From positions 372,001 through 436,000 of the forward strand of contig OX337228.1 in assembly GCA_946965045.2 (NCBI GenBank): DNA of 64,000 nucleotides, in the 5' to 3' direction. This stretch comes from Epithemia pelagica. Its lineage: Eukaryota; Protista; Bacillariophyta. The notes beneath the pieces were generated by a model. That model was given only the letters and a program-made list of their open reading frames with translations, was not told where the DNA came from and ran no database searches. The translations under genes and the position numbers were made by a program. Below, in pieces: positions 10,209 to 21,271 of this stretch. How positions within the stretch are numbered: the stretch's first letter is position 1; each line of letters opens with the position of its first letter.

Positions 10209-12383
10209 ATGCCATGGCGAGAACGGAGTGCTGGTGCTGGCGCTGCCAGTCGACGACAACAAGGGACCGTTTCGAATCAGTTGCGGCAACCGCAATTGCA
10301 ACCACAGTCTCGTCCTCTTCCTCGTCCTCCTTCTAGTCGGTCGTTGCGGCTGGTCGTGTTGGTCGGAGTCTTTGTATGCCTGTTGCTGCACCGATTGGTT
10401 CAATTCTGGCATATCTTGGACGAACGAGAACAAGACGAACAAGCACTTGAGGACAGTTTGTTTTCGTTGCCACGACAATCACCACCAGCAACAAAAGCAA
10501 CAGCAACAGTAACCACCACACCAAGAAGCAGCATTCCACCAACCACACGACCAGCACCAGCACCAAGAGGAGAATCCCCTGCTTTGGCACAACAAGACCA
10601 TGACTTTACCACCACCATTCTTCAGAGTGACATGAACGACACGAACCACCACACGTTGGCTGCCAAAGTGACTGCTACTGCCTCGTTGTCCTCCTTTTCC
10701 TCGACCGAGAGAACGACATTCGAATCGCCGCAGACGGCTCCTTCTGCTGCTGCTCCTGCTCCTCCCAGTCGTTCGGTTCAGCTTCCGGACGATTCTGACG
10801 ACACGGTGTGTCTGTGGACCCCCACGCACCCAACAAGGACGACCAACACCACCAACAACACTACCAGAAACAACAGCACTCTCACCACAATCACGACGAC
10901 AACATGGCCCTCCCCGCACATGGCTCGACTCTATACCTGTGGTTATGACAAGACACGATTATTGCGACTCGTGTTTCCCGAGGAATTTGCCACCATTCCC
11001 ATTGATACCTCCTTGGTCGAGTTTCGCATTCCCCCCTCCTTTTGGACCCGCTTGGCCGCGGCCAGGCAACCCACCGAGACGGGCACCACCACTCACCACA
11101 CGACAACAAATACCAGCCGCGGCAGTAACGAAACCGAAGCGGACGTGTACACGTGGTTGCGAGGCTTGACCGTACCTCATGCGACGGTACACGATGTCTT
11201 GGTTCTGGGGAGCAATGGGTATTGTTTTCACAGTGGTCGTGGTGGTCGCGCCTTTGGAACGGCTCGGTTCGACCAGCTCTTTCCCGGCACGATTGTGCAC
11301 TGGAATGGAGAATCCTATGGCGTCCGTGGCCTCGAAGAACATGTCCACCAGTGGCAGGACCATCTGCTGCAACAACAGCAACGACGACAAGAACAACACC
11401 AAGGAGAATTACTACCGCAAGAACCACACGGACGGTCGCTCAACAAAGACGACAACAACACTCGCTCTCTACCAGAATCATCATCTCAGTCCAGTCCTCC
11501 CGTACCTGCTGCTGCTTCATCTTTTGAGTTTCGTCGCAGTTTGCATGTCGGATACCTGGCCGATTCTCCCTGGAGTGTGCAAATCACCTTTGCCGCACAA
11601 ACCGTCGTGGAAGCTCCGGCACGGATGCAAGAATGGTTGTGGAATCCGGCCCTGAAACCACGAACCACGGGACAAGCCTTTTTGATTTATACCCATGGCA
11701 ATTGTGTCCCCTACCGGGAACAAGCCCTGCTGGATATTGCCGAGGCCGTCCAACAACCCGTCGACTATGGAGGACTGTGTCGTGGCACGCAACACCATTA
11801 CGCATCGTGGTGGCACAAGCAACAACGACATCAACACCAACACCACCAGCAACCACCACCACAAGACCATATCACGGCGCCTATTTCTCCACCACGCCAT
11901 TCGAAACACGAGTACGACACCTTGGCTCCAACCTGGGTCCAACCGGCCCAGTATCCACCCAAAAAAGACGCGGGTCGATGGATGACCAATTATCAATCCT
12001 ATCGCAATTATCGCTTTTGTCTCGTGTTGGAAAATACGGCACAAGACGGCTACATTACCGAAAAGCTACTCTTGGCCTTTTGGGGTGGGTGTATTCCCAT
12101 TTATTATGGCACCCCACACGTGTTGGACATGTTTAATCCACGAGCCTTGATTTTTTACAATATAAGCAATCCCCAACCGGCCTTGGATCGGATTGTCGCC
12201 TTGGAACGCAATACGACGGCCTATCGTCACGTGGCACGGCATGAACCCATTTTGGCATCACCCGAGGCCTGGTCCCAGTACTTTGACTTGACGGGACCCC
12301 AATCCATTTTGAAGCAACGGATTCGACACCGCATGACCTGTCTCTTGGCCAGTCTCTTGGAACAAGAACAAGAAGAGACTTGA
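10209..12383 (+). CDS. Alpha-1,3/4-fucosyltransferase-like (GT10), type II membrane protein
   Basis: GT10 motif YRFCLVLENTAQDGYITEKLLLAFWGGCIPIYYG; N-terminal TM; Thr/Pro-rich stem. Confidence 0.9.
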   Translation: MPWRERSAGAGAASRRQQGTVSNQLRQPQLQPQSRPLPRPPSSRSLRLVVLVGVFVCLLLHRLVQFWHILDEREQDEQALEDSLFSLPRQSPPATKATATVTTTPRSSIPPTTRPAPAPRGESPALAQQDHDFTTTILQSDMNDTNHHTLAAKVTATASLSSFSSTERTTFESPQTAPSAAAPAPPSRSVQLPDDSDDTVCLWTPTHPTRTTNTTNNTTRNNSTLTTITTTTWPSPHMARLYTCGYDKTRLLRLVFPEEFATIPIDTSLVEFRIPPSFWTRLAAARQPTETGTTTHHTTTNTSRGSNETEADVYTWLRGLTVPHATVHDVLVLGSNGYCFHSGRGGRAFGTARFDQLFPGTIVHWNGESYGVRGLEEHVHQWQDHLLQQQQRRQEQHQGELLPQEPHGRSLNKDDNNTRSLPESSSQSSPPVPAAASSFEFRRSLHVGYLADSPWSVQITFAAQTVVEAPARMQEWLWNPALKPRTTGQAFLIYTHGNCVPYREQALLDIAEAVQQPVDYGGLCRGTQHHYASWWHKQQRHQHQHHQQPPPQDHITAPISPPRHSKHEYDTLAPTWVQPAQYPPKKDAGRWMTNYQSYRNYRFCLVLENTAQDGYITEKLLLAFWGGCIPIYYGTPHVLDMFNPRALIFYNISNPQPALDRIVALERNTTAYRHVARHEPILASPEAWSQYFDLTGPQSILKQRIRHRMTCLLASLLEQEQEET

Positions 12384-12901
12384 CCGTATAACCAACAATC
12401 ACCGCCGATCCGCAGGTGGATCTCTTGTTTTTTTTCATTCATCGTGGGCAATTCTGATTGATGTTGGATCTCCACGTGGCTGTATTTCATTGGCGCTTGA
12501 GTGGCTTTTAGAACGGTCGTCAATGACAAGACGATGCGAACTTCGAACTTCCTTTCCCTGAAAACCTCAAAGCACATCCCATCGCGAAACTATGTTATGG
12601 CAATTATGGACCTAATATGGGCTTGGTTACTTGTTCCATAGGTTTCTTTGGTACGCATGAATCCAATATTCATGACTAACACCGTAAAAGAGGCAGGGGA
12701 TTGTCCTCCACAAGAAAAAAAGGTTTGCTCTGTAGTAGTGGTATTAAATGAAACTCTGCGTAAGTACGAACATAAGACTTGTATAGGTTGGATTGGATTG
12801 AGGCCACGGGTTCTTTCTTGGCAAGTTCCAACTATGTATGTGGAGTGTACTACCTAGAGCATTTAGAATCATGTCGGAAGTCTTGAGACGGGCTGTTGGT
12901 C

Positions 12902-14587
12902 TTACCAGCACTCCTGTTCATTTTTATACATCTCCTCTTTGAGAAAGGCCATCTTCGGCGCCGTCATATCTAACGTGTCTGTGCTCTCGCACGAAACTTC
13001 CGCAGTACCAAATGAGATCGGAACAAGAAATAGTTTGCCCTGGCTTGGCGTACCTGTGCCGGTAGCAGCAGAGTAAGTCTGATTGTACCCTTCGTGGGTG
13101 TTGCGAAAACCTGTGCCGCTAGGTGAAACAAACCAAACTGCAATAGATAAGAAAGGGACTACCGTGTGGACCCTGCCAGCGAAATCCTGCCAAAAAGTGA
13201 CCTGATCAAAATCCTGCTGCTTCCCGACTGTGTACTGGATGCACACCAAAACATTCTGATAGACGAAGGCGGCATCGATATTCGCAAAATTAGACGTAGC
13301 AGGGATCCAATACCTCTGTTTGCGATCAAGATTCTTGATACCTTCTGCGGCATCACCGGCACTTCTGATCCAGTCTTCAATGAGTGGCGTATCCTTTCTT
13401 TTGAACCATAGATGCAAGATTTCCTCAAAGAACCAGCCTCTCGCCGATTGAAGGCCACAAACGGTCGCTAAGTTATAGGACGACACAAAGTCACCAACGT
13501 CGAGCCGAGCCCTTAGTCGTGAAATCGCATACTGAGAGTCAACGATCAACAAACTGGTTCCCTTTCCATCATAATCGATGAAACGTGTACGAAGCCTGTC
13601 ACTATGGTCCATGGACGCGTGACTATCCGTCCTCGTGGTAGCCAGATGGATTTTTTCTCGCGCGAAGCCTGTCAGCAAGTCATCGAACCACTTTGTTATT
13701 TTTCCTTTCCCATCTTCCTGTGTACCCATAATAGCAAGACGAATCCTACCACCTGAATAAGAGTATATTTCTTGAGCTTGAGCTACTGTCTGCCCCATCT
13801 TAGTCAGAACTAAGCAAATAGTGTCTTCCTTCCACCCTGTCAGTATGCTGACAATAGTGGTCATGATCTCCGCTTGACTAACGGTGGGAAAGCCACCCGA
13901 AGTGCAAAAGAAACGATAGCCTGTGTTAAGCAAATCCATTTTTTCAGAATGCAGGGGGCCATCAACGAAGGCTTCGTAATCCGACGCCTTGAGCATCTTC
14001 GTATAGCCACGCACGGTCTTCCATAATTCAAAGTTCGACTGGTAGTCGATAACACTGATTGTGTCGGAAAAAACCAGCCTGATTGTAGACGGTTGCTCAC
14101 CAGGTTCCATGATGTACAGCGCAATGTACAGGCTCTCTTTCACTTTTCGAATGAAGCTGATCTTCTTCGTCGAATGCTCTGGAAGCAATTGAAACCGTAG
14201 CGCAACCAGAAAAAGCAGAACAGACTTGCCAATACCAGCCGATCCAGTCAAAATCCGCCTATTCTCATTTGGAGTTTCTTTGGTCAATAAATTGCTAAAC
14301 ATTGTCTGCATTTCGGAACGAACAAATACTCGCCTTGGCATCAAGAAGTTTTCCCCCAAACCACGCCGAAGCTTGTCGAGACACGATAATTCGAGGAAAC
14401 CTTCCTCATTCGCATTCAAGATCAGCTGACCGTCCGTGTTCGTTGTAAACAGAGTGGAAACATCGATTTCGCACTTAGCGAAAGACTCTCCTCCTGCGTC
14501 AAAAATTTCCTGAAGTCCTTGAGAGAGCGCTACGTTCCCTGTCCTGGTGTCGTCGACATCCATTTCTGTCGCCTCCTCTTCTGCCAT
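12902..14587 (-). CDS. Crinkler/RHS-like P-loop NTPase plus C-terminal restriction-endonuclease-like domain
   Basis: Walker A ILTGSAGIGKS, Walker B-like FVDG, C-terminal FANIDAA...IQYT; intact 561-aa ORF. Confidence 0.75.
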   Translation of the reverse strand: MAEEEATEMDVDDTRTGNVALSQGLQEIFDAGGESFAKCEIDVSTLFTTNTDGQLILNANEEGFLELSCLDKLRRGLGENFLMPRRVFVRSEMQTMFSNLLTKETPNENRRILTGSAGIGKSVLLFLVALRFQLLPEHSTKKISFIRKVKESLYIALYIMEPGEQPSTIRLVFSDTISVIDYQSNFELWKTVRGYTKMLKASDYEAFVDGPLHSEKMDLLNTGYRFFCTSGGFPTVSQAEIMTTIVSILTGWKEDTICLVLTKMGQTVAQAQEIYSYSGGRIRLAIMGTQEDGKGKITKWFDDLLTGFAREKIHLATTRTDSHASMDHSDRLRTRFIDYDGKGTSLLIVDSQYAISRLRARLDVGDFVSSYNLATVCGLQSARGWFFEEILHLWFKRKDTPLIEDWIRSAGDAAEGIKNLDRKQRYWIPATSNFANIDAAFVYQNVLVCIQYTVGKQQDFDQVTFWQDFAGRVHTVVPFLSIAVWFVSPSGTGFRNTHEGYNQTYSAATGTGTPSQGKLFLVPISFGTAEVSCESTDTLDMTAPKMAFLKEEMYKNEQECW

Positions 14588-14781
14588 ATTGTCTTGTGCG
14601 TTCTAAATGACCACAGCTGTCGCTTTAGGGGTAAGAAGGGTTGCTTTGGGTAGAGCAAAAACCAAACACACCAACACCATTGTCTTGTTGCAATAGTGGA
14701 GGAGGAAAAGAATAAGTACTGCATGTGCCGTGCGTGATCGCCGGCCGACACGCCGGGCCTGTAAAGAAAGGAGGTTGAGGA

Positions 14782-14916
14782 GGGCCCATTCTATATCGTC
14801 GACCAAAAGCGCGATTTTGGTGCTCATGCTCACCAAAATTTCTTCCAAATCGCGTCGCGCTTTTACAGTCCATTCTATCGATCCGCGATTTTGCGATTTG
14901 CGCATAGAATGGGCCC
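14782..14916. mobile_element. 135-bp MITE, PIF/Harbinger-like (MITE-1)
   Basis: 13-bp TIR GGGCCCATTCTAT/ATAGAATGGGCCC, flanked by GGA/TGA. Internal hairpin TTTTGGTG-N8-CACCAAAA. Confidence 0.7.
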
Positions 14917-15080
14917 TGAGTCTTGTCTGCGGTGTGTTAAGTGAATCAACCACAAGAAGCTCTGTACTCCTTATCGAGACGGATCGCGTTTTGGTGAGCA
15001 TGCGCACCAAAATCACGCTTTTGCGCGTCGATAGAATGGGCCCTGAGGTTCGGTCTTATCGGAGCGTGATATCATCTCAT
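14917..15080. repeat. Extra MITE-1 end module plus left arm of MITE-2
   Basis: Reverse complement of about 61585-61750. Second GGGCCC end at 15043 followed by TGA and GGTTCGGTCTTATCGGAGCG. Confidence 0.75.
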
Positions 15081-15157
15081 ATGGGTGCGATTGGGGGGGG
15101 GTACCTTTGTTTGTCCGTCGTCCAGGAAAAATAAAATAGACAAAAACAAAATTCTTT

Positions 15158-15266
15158 GAGGGTGAGTATTTAGTCGCATATAAGTCGTACCTAAAGGTAC
15201 TTCCTGTTCTACTCACCCCCTTGGCGCGAGGCCCAAGCTCTCGATTCTGATACAAATTTCACATTA
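15158..15266 (+). repeat. Subterminal region of a TA-ended 10-bp-TSD family element
   Basis: GAGGGTGAGTATTTAGTCGC...CTCACCCCCTTGGCGCGAGG matches 58375-58450 and the reverse complement of 60433-60490 plus 61498-61545. Confidence 0.75.
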
Positions 15267-15598
15267 CAATTTACCATAGGAGCACCCCTAGCATAAAAAT
15301 TCTGCCTAAAAGCCCACTCCGACCAAAAAACCAGTGACACGCGCACCTCAACCGACCACGCGTTCTTATGTGACGACCCGGCGCTATTAAGTAGTGGATT
15401 TCTTATTTCTGTCGTCGGAATACCGCATCTTATACGACTGAGTCCAAGGACATATCCTAATTCTTGTTCGGTAATAGAGATTTCTCGGAAGCAACATCCA
15501 AGGATGCATACCATTCATTTGTCTCAATGACGATGGTACCGAACAAGTCTTTCTCTTCTTAGTTCGACAGCCATTATCCGGAGAATCCAACAGTCAGG

Positions 15599-17081
15599 AT
15601 GTCATCCGAATACGACAATGACGTTGGTATCAACCAGGTACCTCACTACGAGCGCCGTATCGGCGACGTTATCCGTCTTGGTTCGTTCATGGCGATCGAA
15701 CTCAAAGATCAACCTAAAAAGACTTACACAATTGCCAGGTTCGAGGAACGAATCAGAGAATACGATGAAACAGAATCCTGCTTTGAGACCAACATCCGTC
15801 TCCGTCTGTTCCTACCTCTTTTCCCCACCCAGCGCCTTGCATGTCACCCCAAGCCACCGAAGCACTCCTTCAGTCCAATCCAGACGGGTCATGGCTCAGA
15901 GAACATTGAATTATACGAATCCAGGGAGGTCCGATGGATTGAATCTGAACGACCTGATCCAAATATCAAAGTTCTTTTCCCCGTTTTCGTTTTCACTACC
16001 AACAAAATGGAAGATCCAAAAAATGCCTGGTCCAAAGGCATTCACAATGTTTTTGTCATTCAGTTCTGGCACTATCGCTCGTACGAATGGGACAAAACCA
16101 TCAATTCGCTTGTTCCTCTCCCAGAAGGAACCAAACATGGGCGAAACACGGCCATACCCCAACATTGCTACCACTCCTCGATTTGGACGGGCCTCTACAC
16201 CCTCCAAAAGTCGTTCACGAAGTTGCTTAATAAACGTGGTCTTACGAGTGCCAATAAAGAAGCCGTGTCCATGAATATCGGAATGATCCCCATGGAGACA
16301 ATTCAATATGTATGCATGGCAGTCAATTCAGTAAAGCAAATTCGTCCTCATCCTGTCACCTTATCTGAATCTTACCTTCATTTGAACCATTCTTTGAAAC
16401 GTTCTAAATTCAGGATTTCGTTCCTTGGTGGAGTCCTACGCTTTCAATCCTTAGATGACCTTACTATTTTACGGAAGATTTTTGGTCCATGCTCTACTTA
16501 TGGATCTTCCGAAAGGCGTCCCACCCTGAGTGATGGACCTCAAGGATTGACCCTCAAGAGAGGTCACCACTTGACAGTGGTTCGTGGCAAAGAACCCTCC
16601 GAGTCCGACGACGGTAACTCCAAGTTCAAGAGACGTTGTACCGAGCAACGCATGGACGTGACCTTTTCTCCTTACAACGTTCGGATCACCGCATGCTACG
16701 AGCGTCATGTGTATAATCTTAACGATGATGGGAGTTTTCGGGATCCTTCTCCATGTGTAAACCTCGACCGGATTCTCGCTGGCGAAACTTCCGGCCCCGG
16801 TAAAAAAAAAGGACGACAATTCGCATACGGACGAGGACAGTGAGTCGACGACATCGAGCAAGGAACAGCTACTCGCCTCTATCCGTGTCGGCGACCAATA
16901 TCTCAAGCACGGAACGGTTTGGGAGGTCATTGACATCGCCCGCAACTCTAGCCCAAAGAAATGTGTTTGTCGAGTCATTGGTGGCGAACTGTACGAACCC
17001 ACAGTCGACAAAGAGAACCAGGAAATCTTGGAACGTGATGACATGGTGGATCTACTCCATGACATTCACGAATTCGCATAA
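15599..17081 (+). CDS. Partner ORF with N-terminal BAH-like region; frameshift at the A9 run 16802-16810
   Basis: IRLGSFMAI..YTIARFEE..IRLRLFLP..IELYESREVRWIE..IKVLFPVFVF follows the BAH pattern by eye. The shifted frame continues KDDNSH...IRVGDQYLKHGTVWEVIDI...HEFA* to 17081. Confidence 0.55.
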
Positions 17082-17166
17082 GCATCCATGAATTTGCCAT
17101 AGCATCCATGAATTTGCCAAAGAACTACATACGAGAACGAGAAATCACAAAGCACCACATTCCATA

Positions 17167-20100
17167 TTAGTAATCTTTCAATTTGCCACTACTTTTGACT
17201 CCGTCAGTACTAGTGCTGTGTTCCTGTAGAATTCCCCCGTAAGCTGGTGCATCCAGGACAATAGGCTGTCCTTTCGCATCAGTGACCGGACCATGTACGA
17301 TATCACATTCTTCTTCCTCCTCCTCGTACCATTGACGAGGTTCCAAGAATTCCCACTTATCCAATTCCTCTAAATCACAGGTGTCTTGTTCCGACCAACC
17401 TGGTTGTTTCATGGCCAGGTGTTTGGCTTCCTTGGTTAGAAACTTACAATACTCAACACTCCCACCCGAATCTCGCACCCAGTTTGTCCATTCCAATAGT
17501 TCGTCATCTTCCACAGTATTCAAGTCGTTCATGATCTCGTCGTACTCGTATCTGCACATAAACACCATACTTCTCTGAAGCCAGCGAGCCATTGGCTCGA
17601 GACGACTCCTTTTCCCCTGCCCTTGATTAGTAGCACCTCCACGTTGGGTTCTGGTAAAGTAAAAGCGCTTGAATAAGCTATTGAAAGCTACCGTCATTGT
17701 CAATGGTTAGACACAAAAGAGACATGGACAATCACGGTCGATCCACTCACCTTCCCATCCTTGTTGGGCATGTGAACTGAGATACCGCCAATGCAGAAGA
17801 TACTTAGTCACATGCCCACTGCCTATCATATGCGCATAATTTGTGATTCCTCGTTCACCATGCAAGTCAACCCATCTCGAAAAAAACTCGTCCGCAACAT
17901 GTTGATATTCGTAGATTTCCTCATCTGTCATTTCGTTCTTATTGTTCACAAGCTTCATAGACTTGGCATAATATTCAACACTTTCGATCCATGTCTTTTG
18001 TCTACTCTCATCTGGGCAACACAGATCAATCAGAGTCTTGAATCCATTAACTATCCGTCGGATTCGGACATTATCCATGCAGATCGTTGATATTGCCTTT
18101 GTTTTCTCGTCGTACGGCATTTTCCATTGCGTTGGGAATTCCTCAGAACCAAGAACAAGAGTATTAAGATTCCTGTTGACTGTATCCTGAAACTCTTGTA
18201 TCCTCGCGTCCATGCCCCCCTCAGCTTCTTTATTGATCCAACTAAGCTCATCGCTCTTCGTATACTCTAGGCCTTCTCGGAGAATCATTGTTAGTAGCTT
18301 CAAGCCCATTCGGTTCTCCATATGAAGGATGCAAGGGATTGCATCCATCATATAAACCAAGGCCGTTGTCTTTTTTGAGTCCTTGAATTGATCCTTGACT
18401 CTCTGTGCTTGATGATACCACCATTCCTTGACGTGTGATGACTTTAACCGTTTCTGTCGATCCTCCAAAGAACCGGAGATATCGAGGCCTCTAGCAGTCA
18501 AGTCATTCGTCAAAATCTTTGCGTACTCTCTCCGTTGCTCTAAAGAGGCCACACTTAAGTCGAAATGAACACTTTGCAAACTTTCTTTCTCCATTCCCGA
18601 CGCGACACATCTAGGATCTTGCTGTATAATGACTTGCGATTTAGCCCAGATTGATTTCATCTTCTTCGCAATGATAGGCATCTCTTTGATGAATTCAGTT
18701 ATATCCTCCTCAACTTGTTGGATGTGTTCTTTAGAACAGATCTTGTGGTGTCGACAGATCCAGTTCTTTCTCTCATCGTTGCCTAGCTTAACACAGATCT
18801 TGCATTTGGAAGCCGGTTGAGTCTCGGCATGTAACTCACCGCTTCGAACGACACATTTAGAGCAAGGGTATGTAACTTGTTGAGCTGCCCCACCTCGGCC
18901 GAACAGTTTCCATTCACAGCTCATGTCGCAGTTTGTAGAAATTGTGAGTTGTAAAATCCCAAATTTCGTGGGAAGTACAATCTTCGCCCCTTCCTTGATC
19001 TCTACCATCATCATCCGGAACAGAGACTTGACCAATGACTCGGACTCTTTCTGACACACGCATAAGATCGGGAACACGCTGTGCCGTGATTGGCCCAGTA
19101 GATTGCAGATGTCGTTGAATTTCAGTCCACCCAGAACATGTCCGAGGTTCTTTGTAAACAAAGCCCTGTCTAAGCTCTGTGATAGGTAGATTGATCGTTC
19201 CTTGGCTTCCCCGCCCATCAAATTACCTGCTACAAGGATTGCTGCCATCACATCCGCCGCACGAAACGTGAAGCCTTCTGCTCCTGTTTCTTTGTTCCGT
19301 AGCATTCTGTAAGGGCATAGTAAGGCCCCGACTCTGTTCACCTCTGCCGCGCAGTTTTGCATGCAAGAGGTGCTTGGCAGTAGAGTCTGTTGATACAACA
19401 CTCCGTCAGTTCTACGGATCGTAGATACTCCAACCCGCGGAAGTTTAGTGGTCCTCCCGCCAAGTCCATCGCGCGTAGAATCTTGTACGACGTAAATACG
19501 TTTTCTCTAACGTACTTGCGGAATACATTGTAAGTGGCTTTGAACAATTGCCCGCCGTGTATTGTCTTGTCGAGTAGCAAAGACCCGATGTCGGTAAAAA
19601 ACGATGCTGCTTGACGACTTGTTGTGTCCATCTTTGCTACCTTGGAAGTGATGAACTTGCGTAGGTAAGTCAGCAGAGTCGTTTTATCTTTCGGGTCGTA
19701 ACATGACTTTGGTAGTTTGTCCGTTTCATTCTTCTCCTGTTGTGCTAGCTTTGCTTCACGGAGCTCCTCTCGAGTTTCCTTGACGATCTTTTCCCAATAC
19801 CGGAGCCTCTCACTTTTCTTCTTGGAATGTAGACGACAGTCCTTCAGCTTCGAAAGCATCGAAGTGAGTTTTTCTTTGAGGTGAACAGCTTGTTTAATTA
19901 ACTTCTCACGCTCTCTATCCTCTATTGTGTTGTCCTTGTGTGACAATCTTCCTCTTCCAGGTTCATTTCAGTTGCCCTCAGCCATTTTCAAGGTCGGTTT
20001 CGTCATCGTCCTCTTCTTCGTCATCTACCAATGTCTCTACGATTGGACTATTGTGAACGGATTCTCTTGATTCCGGTATCACTCTGATGCCTGTATTGGG

Positions 20101-21271
20101 TTCTGTCCTTGAAGACTTGGTGTCGTTCTTCTTCGTGTCGTCGGAGGCAACCGTCGTTTCGTCCATGTTGACTGGATTACTTGGCGGATTTGTTGACTTC
20201 GGCAGACAATCTACTGTGGTGTTGGTGGATGAAGGGAATGGGGGTACTGGATCGACTGAAGCTTGTTCTGAAGCTTGGTTGGCAATCTCGGGAAGAGTTT
20301 TGTCCTTGTCCGAGTCTCCGACATTCTCAGTTGGGGCAGGTAATTGCTTGTTGCGCTTGGATCGTCGGATTTTGGTTCGCTTGATAGGCTCGGGTTCTTC
20401 AATAGGTTGGCAAAATAATTCAGCCGGAGGCGGTTCAGGTTCGTATTGAGAATTCTTGTGTCGGAAGGTTGGGCTCCACATGTTGGTGTGTTCTGCTGTG
20501 CATTTATAGCGGCCGCCGATGATGGTCCGATTAATATAATGCCCAGGCCGTGAACTCTGTTCTCGATCAGCCTTGTCGCAGTTGTTACAAAAGAAGTAAC
20601 CCCTGTGTGCCTGTTCTCGGTCGCGACCGTAAACCGAGCACGGTACAAATTCTGATTTAAGGAACGTCTTACAGATTTCTGCAATTCTTTTTCGCTCTAC
20701 AGAGTTGGATTCGCATGGAACTTCAGATGCACGTCTTCGTGCTTGAGTTTGCATGTTCGGTGACGCTTGAAGTTTTAAATCTCTCTCGATCTGTTGGATT
20801 TCTTCGGGAGATGGTTGGCGACAACCATCGGGTTCGTCACTGGTTGAAGTGGAGCTGGTAGTCTGGCAAGGCTGACAGGGTGCTTCGTCAGACAAACCTT
20901 TTGCACGACTGGATGATGGTCTTCATTATTGGGTGACTCTTGGAGATCGACAACGCCATCAATCTGCGAATTTTCTTCGTGAGATGAAGGACGAAGTCCA
21001 TTTGGTTCGACACTTGTTGGGGCCAATCCGGCAATTCGGCGAGATTTCCGAGATGGTTCTGCAATCGGAGTGTTCAGCAATGCTTCGGGAATAATGTCTC
21101 TCCCAATCTGCTGACGGTCTTCTTGAGGTAATGGGCAAGGTCCATCGAATTCGACACTTGTTGCTGCCAGTCCGGCAAGCCGGCGAGATTTTCGAGATGG
21201 TTCTGCAACCGGAGGGACTTCTGAAGTTGATGGGCCTGGTTTGGGCGCTTCTTCGATGCACGGGTAGGCAT
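17167..21271 (-). pseudogene. RAG1/Transib-like DDE transposase, several frameshifts, one intron (17688-17750)
   Basis: SQSLD (D1); NCDMSCEWKLFGRGG..YPCSKC (D2 plus CxxC); PCILH; ITNYAHMIGSGH; spliced QQGWE|AFNSLFKRF. Upstream ORF pieces 19338-19946, 19978-20895 and 20775-21271 link by 1-nt shifts. Confidence 0.75.

Larger units (their letters stand above)
1..14904. repeat. Arm 1 of a large inverted segmental duplication
   Basis: Reverse complement of 23880-45772 once TE insertions are removed. Same gene set in mirrored order, e.g. 12902-14587 vs 37448-39130 and 10209-12383 vs 39652-41793. Probably extends left of the window. Confidence 0.95.

Noticed and set aside
7525-12140. Many overlapping ORFs across the FucT and Kelch genes, and their mirrors at 39900-44600
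   Set aside because: Alternative or antisense frames of recognised genes, conserved only because the DNA is duplicated.
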